Source: Alphaproteobacteria bacterium (lineage in GTDB: Bacteria; Pseudomonadota; Alphaproteobacteria; Rhodobacterales; Rhodobacteraceae). From it: DNA of 62,169 nt. The translations under genes were made by a program, and so were the position numbers. The DNA is taken from NCBI GenBank assembly GCA_030431935.1, contig JAUIIC010000001.1, positions 1 to 62,169 of the forward strand, given 5' to 3'. Below the pieces are notes generated by a model. It had not been told where the DNA came from, made no database searches, and worked only from the letters and a program-made list of their open reading frames with translations. Below are positions 17,663-25,982 of this stretch, one piece after another (the stretch's first letter is position 1; each line of letters begins with the position of its first letter).

Positions 17663-18412
17663 ATGGCGGATGCACGCTGGCACAAGGTCTACCTGGCGGA
17701 GATCCACGATCTCTATCCCGGGATGCAGCCCGGGGCCGAGGCCCTGCGCGCCGTCTTTCCGCAGGCCGCGCGCGACCGCGTGGCCTGGTCCATCGTGCCG
17801 AACTGGCAGGATCGCCTGGCGTTGACCGGCCACCCCCAGGCGGCGGCAGAGCTTGCCGCCCTGCCCGGAACGCCGGTCCTGCATGGCTGGACCCACAGCC
17901 TTGGCCCCGACTGGATCAACTGGCTGTTCTACGGCCACGACAACCGGTCAGAGTTCCTGCGCCTGTCCGAGGCCGAGGCCGGCGACCGGATCGCCCGTGG
18001 GCTGGCCGAGTTCCGCGCCGCACTCGACGTGACGCCGCGCTGGTTCTGCGCGCCGCGCTGGCAGTTGGGTGCGGGTGGCGCGGCGGCCCTGCGCAAGGCC
18101 GGGTTCGCCGGACATCTCTCGGGCGCGGGGATCGAGGTCTACGGCGAAGGCAGGGTGCCCTTGCCGGCGCTGAACTTCGACGAGGGCGAGCGGGGCTGGA
18201 AACAGGCGCTGGCGCGGCTGGCGCGGGCGCCCAGGGCGCGGCGGCTCTTGTCGCGCGGCACGCCCTTCCGGCTGGTCATCCATCCCGACGACCTGCGCTT
18301 TCCGGCGGTGCGGGCGGACCTGGAACGCTGCGTCGCGGCGATGGAGGCCGACGGCTGGCGGCCGCTCGGGCTTGACGAGATGCTGGCGCTGTGGCGACAG
18401 GTGCGTCCATGA
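17663..18412 (+). CDS. DUF2334-like protein (predicted polysaccharide-deacetylase-fold enzyme)
   Basis: 249 aa. The pattern IHDLYP...SIVPNW...LHGWTH...EF...RWFCAPRW...VIHP matches my memory of the DUF2334 / putative deacetylase family. No signal peptide is present. Confidence 0.55.
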   Translation: MADARWHKVYLAEIHDLYPGMQPGAEALRAVFPQAARDRVAWSIVPNWQDRLALTGHPQAAAELAALPGTPVLHGWTHSLGPDWINWLFYGHDNRSEFLRLSEAEAGDRIARGLAEFRAALDVTPRWFCAPRWQLGAGGAAALRKAGFAGHLSGAGIEVYGEGRVPLPALNFDEGERGWKQALARLARAPRARRLLSRGTPFRLVIHPDDLRFPAVRADLERCVAAMEADGWRPLGLDEMLALWRQVRP

Positions 18413-19605
18413 CGGCGCCGCGCATTCTTTTTGCCTCGAACGGGCATGGCGAGGACGACATCTCGTGCAAGGTGCTGGATGCGCTTGCGGCCAGCGGCGT
18501 GCCGTTCGAGCCCGAGGCCTGGGCGATGGTGGGCGAGGGGCGCGCCTATACCGCGCGCGGGGTGCCGCTGGTCGGGCCGCAACAGCGCCTGCCCGGAGAG
18601 GGCTTCGGCACGATCAGCATCGCGGCGCTCTGGCGCGACCTGCGGGCGGGGTATGTCGGCTCGCTCTGGGCGCAGGCGCGGTTCGCCCGAAGCCTTCGCG
18701 GCCGGCATGACCTGATCTTCGGCACCGGCGATATCATGCCGCTGCTGGCGGGGTGGTTCTCGGGCACGCCGATGCTGTTCATTCCAAGCGCCAAGTCCGC
18801 CTATTACGGCGGCGCGGACGGACATACGGGCATCGAGCGCTGGCTGATGCGCCGCGTGGCGCGCGACAGCTTTCCCCGCGATGCGCGCACGGCGGACGGG
18901 CTGGCCGCGCAAGGCGTCCCAGTGCGCTACCTCGGCAACCCGATGATGGACGGGCTGGACCCGGTGTCACCCGAAAGCCTGCGGGGCCGTGGCGTGACGG
19001 TGGCGATGATGGCGGGCTCGCGCCGGGATGCCGTGGAGAACGCGGTGCTGCTTCTCGACGCTGCGGCGACGGCCGCCGCCGCGGACGAAGAGCCGTCCAG
19101 GTTCGCCTTTCTCTTCGCCGCGCACGAGGCGCTGGACTTCCAGCGGGTGGCCGCGACCGCGCCCATCGCCTGGGAGCGCGGCCAATGGGACCGGCCGCTC
19201 GACGACCGGGGCGAGGCGATGTGCCTGCGGCACCGGACCGGGGCGGCGGCGCTGTTCGTCAAGGGCCGGTTCGCCGACGTGCTCCATGCCTCGGACATGG
19301 TGGCCGGAATGGCGGGCACCGCCAACGAGCAGGCGATCGGGCTGGGCCTGCCTCTGGTTGCCGTGCCGGGGCAGGGCAACCAGGGGCCGGCCTACCTGCG
19401 GATGAAGATGCGCTATTACGGCCCGGCCGCGGTCTTTGCCCCGCGCGAGCCCGACGCGGTGGCGCGGGCGATCCGGGATGTGCTGTCGGACCCGGTGCGC
19501 CGCCGCGAGATGGCGGCGGCGGGGCGCGAGCGGATGGGCGCGCCAGGGGCCAGCGCGGCGATCGCGGCGCGCGTGGCGGCGATGCTGGAGGCCGGCGATG
19601 GCTGA
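18409..19605 (+). CDS. Lipid-A-disaccharide synthase-related protein (LpxB superfamily, GT-B; SNGHGED-type)
   Basis: ORF 18391..19605. The ATG at 18409 overlaps the upstream stop (ATGA). ILFASNGHGEDDIS, GNPMMDGL, MAGSRRDA (compare LPGSR in LpxB) and GMAGTANEQAIGLGLPLV are the signatures I associate with the LpxB-related family. Confidence 0.65.
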   Translation: MTAPRILFASNGHGEDDISCKVLDALAASGVPFEPEAWAMVGEGRAYTARGVPLVGPQQRLPGEGFGTISIAALWRDLRAGYVGSLWAQARFARSLRGRHDLIFGTGDIMPLLAGWFSGTPMLFIPSAKSAYYGGADGHTGIERWLMRRVARDSFPRDARTADGLAAQGVPVRYLGNPMMDGLDPVSPESLRGRGVTVAMMAGSRRDAVENAVLLLDAAATAAAADEEPSRFAFLFAAHEALDFQRVAATAPIAWERGQWDRPLDDRGEAMCLRHRTGAAALFVKGRFADVLHASDMVAGMAGTANEQAIGLGLPLVAVPGQGNQGPAYLRMKMRYYGPAAVFAPREPDAVARAIRDVLSDPVRRREMAAAGRERMGAPGASAAIAARVAAMLEAGDG

Positions 19606-20587
19606 TCCTGCGGTCTCCATCGTCATCACCGCCCACAACGAGGCCGCCCATATCGGAGCGACCGTGGCCGCCGCGGCGGCCCAGGCGGGTGTGCCCGGCG
19701 GCTTCGAGATCGTGCTGGTGGACGACCGCAGCACAGACGGCACCGCCGAGGCGGCGCGCGCGGCGGGGGGCGATCTGCTGCGGCTCTACCCCGGCGCGCC
19801 GGACCCCGCGTCGCCGCTGACGACGCGGCAACAGGCGCTGGACCTCGCTTTCCGCAAGGCGCGCGGGCAGGTGATCCTGACGCTCGACGCCGACAGCGCG
19901 ATGGCCCCGGACTGGGCGGCCAGGATGGCCGCCCCGATGCTGGAGGGCCGTGCCGATGCGGTGGCCGGGCGCATCGGCTTTGCCCCGGCGGACCACTGGG
20001 TCGCGCGCTGGCAGACCTGCGATGCGCAGTATTACTTCCTCGTCTCCGCGCTGCTGGTCAGGGCTGGGTTCGGCGGCGGCGTCTTCTTCGGGAACTTCGG
20101 GTTTCGCCGGGCGCTCTACGACCAGGTCGGCGGGTTCGAGGCGATCGGCTTTGCCCTGACCGAGGATCTTGCCTTCGCCCAGGCGATCCAGGCGGCTGGG
20201 GCGCGGCTCGACTTCGCGGGGCAGGACGCGCGCGTCGACGTCAGGCCTTGCGCCGATTTCCCGGCGCTGGTCACCCGCACGCTGCGGATCTCTGCCGGGC
20301 GGGTCTCGGCCCTGGCGCTGGTGCTGACGGTCTGGCCGCTGAGCTTGCCAGCGCTGATCCTGCTGGCGCTGCTGACCGGCGCGGGCGGGGCATGGGTTGC
20401 GGTGGGGCTGCGCTATGGGCTAGGCGTGGCGCTTGTCCGGGCGGCGCTGGCCGGGCACCCCGACCGGCGCGTGCGCGGCTTCGCGCCGTTCTACGAGCCG
20501 GTGGTCTACCGGCTGTCGGCGGCGGTGCTGGCGCGCGTGTTGCGCCGTGAAAGGGTAGGATGGGGAGGCGGGCAGTATGGCCGCTGA
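19598..20587 (+). CDS. Family-2 glycosyltransferase with C-terminal transmembrane segments
   Basis: ORF 19436..20587, trimmed to the ATG at 19598, which overlaps the upstream stop by 8 nt. VSIVITAHNEAAHI...EIVLVDDRSTDGT...ILTLDADS is a GT2 core. The hydrophobic C-terminal third (ALALVLTVWPLSLPALILLALL) suggests membrane integration. Confidence 0.75.
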   Translation: MADPAVSIVITAHNEAAHIGATVAAAAAQAGVPGGFEIVLVDDRSTDGTAEAARAAGGDLLRLYPGAPDPASPLTTRQQALDLAFRKARGQVILTLDADSAMAPDWAARMAAPMLEGRADAVAGRIGFAPADHWVARWQTCDAQYYFLVSALLVRAGFGGGVFFGNFGFRRALYDQVGGFEAIGFALTEDLAFAQAIQAAGARLDFAGQDARVDVRPCADFPALVTRTLRISAGRVSALALVLTVWPLSLPALILLALLTGAGGAWVAVGLRYGLGVALVRAALAGHPDRRVRGFAPFYEPVVYRLSAAVLARVLRRERVGWGGGQYGR

Positions 20588-21317
20588 GCGCAGGCAACGG
20601 GCCGCGGGGACAGTGCGTCCCTATGAACCGCGCGACCGCGCGGCGGTGCGCGACATCTGCTGCCGCACCGCCTTTCGCAACATGGGCTCGGATGCCCTGT
20701 TCGAGGATCGCGAGATCCATGCCGATTACTGGACGCTCTACAACACCGATCACCGGCCCGACCTGACCACGGTGATCGAGCAGGACGGAGAGGTGGTGGG
20801 CTATTTCTTCGCCCAGCCCGACCACAAGGAATTCGTGCGCATCATGGGGCGGCGGATCGTGCCGTCCTGTATCCTGCGCGCGCTTTGGCGCTGGGCGCTG
20901 GGGCGCTACAGGAAGCCCGAGACCAAGCGCTACATCCGCCACACGCTATTCCGGGCCTGGAAAGAGGCGCCGCAGGTCGATTACGACAAGTACCCGGCCA
21001 CCTATCACTGCAACATGCTGCGGCAGGCCTATGGACGGGGCTACTATACACAGCTTCTGCTGGACTATCTCGACCAGCTGGAGGCGCAGGGCATCCACGG
21101 CATCCACGGCCATGTGACCGAGGCACCGGGCAAGGGCATCTGGAAGCGCTTCGAAGAGACCTCGGGCTTTCTGTCGGACGAACAGTCCGAGGTGCCCGCA
21201 ACGATGTTTGCCTATGTCACCGGCGACGACAGGCCGATGGCGAACAAGGCCATCGGCGCCCCGGTGGAGCGTTTTCGCAAGTGGGTGCTGTGGCTGCGAG
21301 AGGAAAAGCGGCTGTGA
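20577..21317 (+). CDS. Hypothetical acyl-CoA N-acyltransferase-like (GNAT-like) protein
   Basis: 246 aa. The start overlaps the upstream gene by 11 nt. VRPYEPRDRAAVRDICCRTAF...GEVVGYFFA resembles the N-terminal half of GNAT enzymes. The assignment is tentative. Confidence 0.45.
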   Translation: MAAERRQRAAGTVRPYEPRDRAAVRDICCRTAFRNMGSDALFEDREIHADYWTLYNTDHRPDLTTVIEQDGEVVGYFFAQPDHKEFVRIMGRRIVPSCILRALWRWALGRYRKPETKRYIRHTLFRAWKEAPQVDYDKYPATYHCNMLRQAYGRGYYTQLLLDYLDQLEAQGIHGIHGHVTEAPGKGIWKRFEETSGFLSDEQSEVPATMFAYVTGDDRPMANKAIGAPVERFRKWVLWLREEKRL

Positions 21318-22579
21318 CCGGCCCCGGCACCGAGGCCGCGGCGCGGCCCCAGCTTGTCATCACCGTGAACGGCCCCGGCGAGATCGCGGCCTGGCTTTAC
21401 CCCCTGAGCGTCGCCGTCAGGCGTGCGCGCCCCGACATCCGCATCTGCGTGTGCCTTCTGCCTTGCGTCTTTTCGTCGGGCGCCGAGCGCGGGGTTCTGG
21501 ACGGGATGGAGACCGTGGACGCCGTGGCGGATGTCGGCCAGTCCTTCGGCCTGATCCTGAAGGACCGGCTGCCCGATGGCTTCCGGCGCGACGTGCCGAC
21601 GCTTCTGTTCCATCTGGGCGGAGAGACCGCGCTGACCGTGCTGATCGCCCGCAGGCTGGGCTGCAGGATGTTCGGCTATGCCGAGGCGCCCCCGGGCTGG
21701 CAGGGCCGGTTCGAGCGCCTGTTCTTCAGCGGGTTGAACAAGCTGCCGCCGGCCATCCCGCCCGAGGACATCGTGGGCGACATGATGGTGGACGCGGCCG
21801 ACCTGCGCCGCGCCGCCGCGCGCCGCGACGCGGACGGCACCACGACGATCGGGCTGTTTCCCGGCAGCCGAGACTACATGGTCGGGCCGCTTCTGCCCTT
21901 CATGGCGGCGGCGGCCGACGAATTGGCCCGGCGCCGCCCGGCGCTACGCTTTGTCATGGCAAAGTCCGATTTCCTCGACTGGGATTTCCTCGCCAACCTG
22001 CCGCGCAGCGATCCCGGCGCCGAGTGGGCGGTCAGCGAGGTGACGCTTCACCGCGAGGACGGGCGGGCCTGGCTGATGACGGGGGCGGGCACAAGGATCG
22101 ACGTCCTGACCAATGCACAGGTGCTTGCCGGGGCAGATCTGGCCGTGTCCCTGCCGGGCACCAATACAGGCGAGATGGGGGCGGCCGGCCTGCCCAGCGT
22201 GGTGATCGTGCCGCTGCACATGGCCAACCGCAACGCGCATCAGACCCCGCTGCCGGGCTTGCCGGGGCACGTGGGGCGCATCCCGCTGATCGGCCCGCCG
22301 CTGCAGCGCCTCTTCGCGCACCAGGCGCTCAAGCGCACGCCGCTCCTGTCGCTGCCGAACCGGCGCGCGGGGCGGATGATCGTGCCGGAACTGGTGGGCG
22401 ACCTGACGCCCGGCGATATTGCCGACACGCTGGAGACCCTTCTCGACGGCGATCGCGCCGCCCTGTCGGCAGAGTTGAGAGCGGCAATGGGGGCAGGCGG
22501 GGCGGCGGCCCGGCTGGCCGACGAGATCGACGGCTATTTCCGCGCGCTGGTCCCGGCGGCGGCCCCCTCGAACGCCTGA
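21314..22579 (+). CDS. Lipid-A-disaccharide synthase-like glycosyltransferase (LpxB/GT19-like)
   Basis: Same frame as ORF 20885..22579. The start is taken as the GTG at 21314, in a GTGA overlap with the upstream stop. It lies just before LVITVNGPGEIAAW, the equivalent of the GETSGD loop region. LFPGSRDY (LpxB LLPGSR) and LLSLPNRRAGRMIVPELVG (LpxB VSLPNLLAGRELVKELL) support LpxB homology. Confidence 0.65.
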   Translation: MTGPGTEAAARPQLVITVNGPGEIAAWLYPLSVAVRRARPDIRICVCLLPCVFSSGAERGVLDGMETVDAVADVGQSFGLILKDRLPDGFRRDVPTLLFHLGGETALTVLIARRLGCRMFGYAEAPPGWQGRFERLFFSGLNKLPPAIPPEDIVGDMMVDAADLRRAAARRDADGTTTIGLFPGSRDYMVGPLLPFMAAAADELARRRPALRFVMAKSDFLDWDFLANLPRSDPGAEWAVSEVTLHREDGRAWLMTGAGTRIDVLTNAQVLAGADLAVSLPGTNTGEMGAAGLPSVVIVPLHMANRNAHQTPLPGLPGHVGRIPLIGPPLQRLFAHQALKRTPLLSLPNRRAGRMIVPELVGDLTPGDIADTLETLLDGDRAALSAELRAAMGAGGAAARLADEIDGYFRALVPAAAPSNA

Positions 22580-23376
22580 TCGAGCCAGGCCTCGGCGGCC
22601 GGGCGGAGGGCCGCGTGCAGGTCGAGCACCAGCGCCCGGCAGTCTTCGCCGCGCCATCCCTCTGGCAGGAACACCCTTGGCAGGTCCGCGTGGCGCAACA
22701 GGAGCCGCCGCCAGCGGTGCACGATCAGGGTGCGCAGCGCGATCGCGTCCAGCGGGCCCGGGTCCGTGCCCTGAAGCGCCGCGCGCGTCGTCTCGAGCGC
22801 CGCGAAGAGATCGGCATAGTCGCGGGCAAGGTCCGGCGGGGTGAGGGCCCCTGCCAGCCATCCCGGCACGCGGCCCGGCGTGCCCTCGATCGTGAAGACC
22901 TCCCCGGGCGCCGGACCGCAGCCGCCGGGCCCCAGCCAGAGCGAGGCGCCGGCGGGCAGATAGCCCGCCTTCTTCAGCGCCGTCTCGGCGGCTTCGCGTT
23001 CCGGATGCGACAACCCCGGATCTGTCACGGCCAGCGTCCACGGCCCCGACAGCGCGGGCGCGGGCGCGTAGATACGCCGCGTGGCCGGGCCGAACTCGTC
23101 CGTGCCGCGCGACGACAGGGCGTAATAGCTGCGCCGGCCGCGTCGGTCGCGCGACAGCCAGCCGTCGCGCGTCAGGCGGTGCAGGGCCACGCGAAGCGCG
23201 GCATGGCCGATCCCGATCCGCCCGCCGATCTCGGCCAGCGCGCTGGCCGGAACGGTGCCGCCGCGCGGCCCCACACTGTCTCCGAAGATGGTGATGATGA
23301 CCGACCAGACGCGCAGCGGCCCCAGCGCGAGAAACGGCGCGAACAGGGCGTCATCGTCTGGCGGCGAACTCTTCAT
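22534..23376 (-). CDS. paaX: Phenylacetic acid degradation operon negative regulator PaaX
   Basis: ORF 22534..23559, trimmed to the ATG at 23376. WSVIITIFGD...ALRVALHRLTRDGWL...GRRSYYALS is the PaaX winged-helix N-terminal domain. The PaaX C-terminal domain follows. Confidence 0.8.
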   Translation of the reverse strand: MKSSPPDDDALFAPFLALGPLRVWSVIITIFGDSVGPRGGTVPASALAEIGGRIGIGHAALRVALHRLTRDGWLSRDRRGRRSYYALSSRGTDEFGPATRRIYAPAPALSGPWTLAVTDPGLSHPEREAAETALKKAGYLPAGASLWLGPGGCGPAPGEVFTIEGTPGRVPGWLAGALTPPDLARDYADLFAALETTRAALQGTDPGPLDAIALRTLIVHRWRRLLLRHADLPRVFLPEGWRGEDCRALVLDLHAALRPAAEAWLDQAFEGAAAGTSARK

Positions 23377-23444
23377 GCCCCGCCTATAGACCGCGCTGCG
23401 GGGTTTCGCCAGAAAGGAGGAACGGGCAAGGAGGAGGACCTGCG

Positions 23445-23882
23445 ATGAGCGACACGGGATTCGGACCGGCGGAGGCGAGGGCGCTTCTGGCGTCGGAGTT
23501 CGCCCCCTGGGTGCAGGAGATGGGGCTGGAGCCGTTGGAACTGGGCCCGCGCGGGGCACTTTTTCGGCTGCCGGTGAACCCGCGCCTGCAACTGACCGGC
23601 GGGCCCGGCGCCGGCGCGCTGTGCGGGCAGGCGATCGCGGCGGTGGCGGATACCGCGACCGTGCTTGCGCTGGCCGGTGCCAACGGCAGGTTCCGCATCT
23701 GCACGACGGTGGACATGCAGGTGAATTTCGTGCGCCCGCTCGGGCCCGTGCCCGCCGAGGTGGCCGTCGAGATCGAATCGAACGGGCGCAAGCTGGCGGT
23801 GGTGCGTGTCAGGGTCTCTGCCGAGGACAGCCCGAAGGCCGCCGCGCTGGCGACGCTGACGTTCATGTACCTCGAAGACTAG
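23445..23882 (+). CDS. Hotdog-fold thioesterase (PaaI/4HBT family)
   Basis: 145 aa. The G-x-x-x-G...A-D motif region (GALCGQAIAAVADTA) and overall pattern resemble PaaI-family thioesterases. It is divergent from paaX. Confidence 0.65.
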   Translation: MSDTGFGPAEARALLASEFAPWVQEMGLEPLELGPRGALFRLPVNPRLQLTGGPGAGALCGQAIAAVADTATVLALAGANGRFRICTTVDMQVNFVRPLGPVPAEVAVEIESNGRKLAVVRVRVSAEDSPKAAALATLTFMYLED

Positions 23883-23931
23883 CCGTGGCGCGCCCGGCGG
23901 CCCCCGAAAGGCGCGCCGGCGGATGGGGCGA

Positions 23932-25962
23932 TCAGTGCGCCACCATGGTCAGAAGTTCGTAGCCCGCGACCTGGTCGCCGTCCTGGTTGGTGAGCGTCAC
24001 CTGCCAGCGCACCTCGCCGTACTGGTCGTTGCGGCTGGTCTTGTCCATCACCGTCAGCGCCACGCGGATCGTGTCGCCGGGCGAGACGGGTTTCTGGAAG
24101 CGCAGCCCGTCGAGCCCGGTGTTGGCCAGCACCGGGCCGGGCGCGGGATCGACGAAAAGCCCCGCGGCGAAAGACAGAAGAAGGTAGCCATGCGCCACGC
24201 GCCCCGGAAAGAACGGGTTCGCGGCCGCCGCTTCCTCGTCCATGTGGGCGTAGAAGGTGTCGCCGGTGAACCGGGCGAAATGCTCGATATCCTCCAGCGT
24301 GATCCGGCGGGCTTCGGTGTGCAGCGTCTCGCCCGGCGTCAGCTCTCCGAACGTGCGCCGGAAGGGGTGCGCGGGGCCTTCGTGCGTCGCCGCGCCCGCC
24401 ACGTGGCGGCCGGTCACGGCGGCCAGCATGTCGGGGCTGCCCTGCACCGCCGTCCGCTGCATGTAGTGCATCACGCCACGGATGCCGCCCATCTCCTCGC
24501 CGCCGCCCGCGCGTCCGGGGCCGCCGTGGACGAGATGGGGCAGGGGCGCGCCATGCCCGGTGGATGCCTTCATCGAGGTGCGGTCATTGATATACAGCCG
24601 CCCGTGGAAGGCGCCGATCTCCATGGCGAGACGTGCCGCGACGCCGGGGTCATGGGTGATGACCGAGGCCACGAGGCTGCCCTGTCCGCGCCGGGCCAGT
24701 TCGGCGGCATGGTCGAGATCGCGGTAGGGCAGGACTGTCGAGACCGGGCCGAAGGCCTCGACCGCGTGCACGGCCTCTGCCGCGTCGGGGTTCGCGCAAT
24801 GGAATAGCAGGGGCGCCAGGAAGGCGCCCTTGTCCGGGTCGATGCCGGGCGCGTCCAGCCTGTCGGGATCGCCGAAGACGCGCTCTGCCTCCGTGCCGAT
24901 GCGGGCGGCCGTGTCCAGCACGTCGGCGCGCTGCTCGCGCGAGACGAGGGCCCCCATGCGGGTGGCGGGATCGCGCGGGTCGCCGATCACCGTGGCGGCC
25001 AGCCGGTCGGACAGGGCCGCCACCAGCGCCTCCTCGCGCCCGGCGGGCACCAGGATACGGCGGATGGCGGTGCATTTCTGCCCCGCCTTGGCGGTCATCT
25101 CGCGGTGGACTTCCTTGACGAAGAGGTCGAACTCGGGCGTTCCGGGTTCGGCGTCGGGTCCGAGGATCGAGGCGTTCAGGCTGTCCTGCTCGGCCACGAA
25201 GCGCACCGAGTTGTCGAGGATGGCGGGGGTGGCGCGCAAGGCCCGTGCAGTGGCCGCCGAGCCGGTGAAGCTGACCACGTCCTGGCAGGTCAGCCGGTCC
25301 AGCAGGTTGCCCGTGCCGCCCGAGATCAGCTGCAGCGCCCCCGCCGGCAACAGGCCGCTGTCCAGCATCATCCGCACGCAGGCCTCGGTCACGTAGCCCG
25401 AAGCGGTGGCGGGTTTCACGATGGCCGGCACGCCCGCCAGCAGGGTCGGCGCCAGTTTCTCCAGCATCCCCCATACGGGGAAGTTGAAGGCGTTGATGTG
25501 GACCGCAACGCCCTGCAGCGGCGTGCAGATGTGCTGCGCGACAAAGCTGCCGTCCTTGGACAGCTGTTCCACGCTTCCGTCGACATAGACGCGCGCATCC
25601 GGCAGGTCGCGGCGCCCTTTCGAGGCGAAGACGAACATGGTGCCGATACCACCGTCGATGTCGATCAGGTGGTCGCGCTGGGTGGCGCCGGTGTCGAAGG
25701 AGATGTCGTAGAGCGCCTGCTTGCGCTCGTTCAGGTATCCGGCCAGCGCCTTGAGCATCCGCGCGCGGTCATGGAACGTCATGGCCCGCAGCGCGGGCCC
25801 GCCGGTGCCGCGGGCGTGGTCCAGCATCTCCTGCATGTCCAGCGCGCCGCCGCCACTGCGGGCGATGACCTCGCCGGTGATCGCCGACAGGACCGGGCGC
25901 GCATCGGCACCGGGGCCGATCCATTGGCCGGCGGCGAAACTCTGGACGTCCTGAATGCTCAT
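23932..25962 (-). CDS. paaZ: Bifunctional PaaZ (oxepin-CoA hydrolase / 3-oxo-5,6-dehydrosuberyl-CoA semialdehyde dehydrogenase)
   Basis: ORF 23932..26241, trimmed to the ATG at 25962 (MSIQDVQSFAAGQW...). The N-terminal ALDH domain carries FTGSAATA and EQDSLNA...GQKCTAIRR. The C-terminal MaoC hotdog domain carries GDTFYAHMDEE...GRVAHGY. Length is 676 aa. Confidence 0.9.
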   Translation of the reverse strand: MSIQDVQSFAAGQWIGPGADARPVLSAITGEVIARSGGGALDMQEMLDHARGTGGPALRAMTFHDRARMLKALAGYLNERKQALYDISFDTGATQRDHLIDIDGGIGTMFVFASKGRRDLPDARVYVDGSVEQLSKDGSFVAQHICTPLQGVAVHINAFNFPVWGMLEKLAPTLLAGVPAIVKPATASGYVTEACVRMMLDSGLLPAGALQLISGGTGNLLDRLTCQDVVSFTGSAATARALRATPAILDNSVRFVAEQDSLNASILGPDAEPGTPEFDLFVKEVHREMTAKAGQKCTAIRRILVPAGREEALVAALSDRLAATVIGDPRDPATRMGALVSREQRADVLDTAARIGTEAERVFGDPDRLDAPGIDPDKGAFLAPLLFHCANPDAAEAVHAVEAFGPVSTVLPYRDLDHAAELARRGQGSLVASVITHDPGVAARLAMEIGAFHGRLYINDRTSMKASTGHGAPLPHLVHGGPGRAGGGEEMGGIRGVMHYMQRTAVQGSPDMLAAVTGRHVAGAATHEGPAHPFRRTFGELTPGETLHTEARRITLEDIEHFARFTGDTFYAHMDEEAAAANPFFPGRVAHGYLLLSFAAGLFVDPAPGPVLANTGLDGLRFQKPVSPGDTIRVALTVMDKTSRNDQYGEVRWQVTLTNQDGDQVAGYELLTMVAH

Positions 25963-25982
25963 CTTGGGGCCTCGTTGTCGGG

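Noticed and set aside
15752-17938. 728-aa ORF on the minus strand, opposite the ArnT-like gene
   Set aside because: The translation is Arg/Pro/Gly/Ala/His-rich with no domain-like segments. It fully overlaps a well-supported multi-TM gene on the other strand. This is a typical high-GC shadow ORF.
21208-23448. 746-aa plus-strand ORF in an alternative frame spanning the LpxB-like gene and paaX
   Set aside because: It is an off-frame or antisense overlap with two recognisable genes. The translation is dominated by Arg/Gly/Pro/Ala runs. The 747-aa ORF at 51938..54181, opposite fdsA, is rejected for the same reason.
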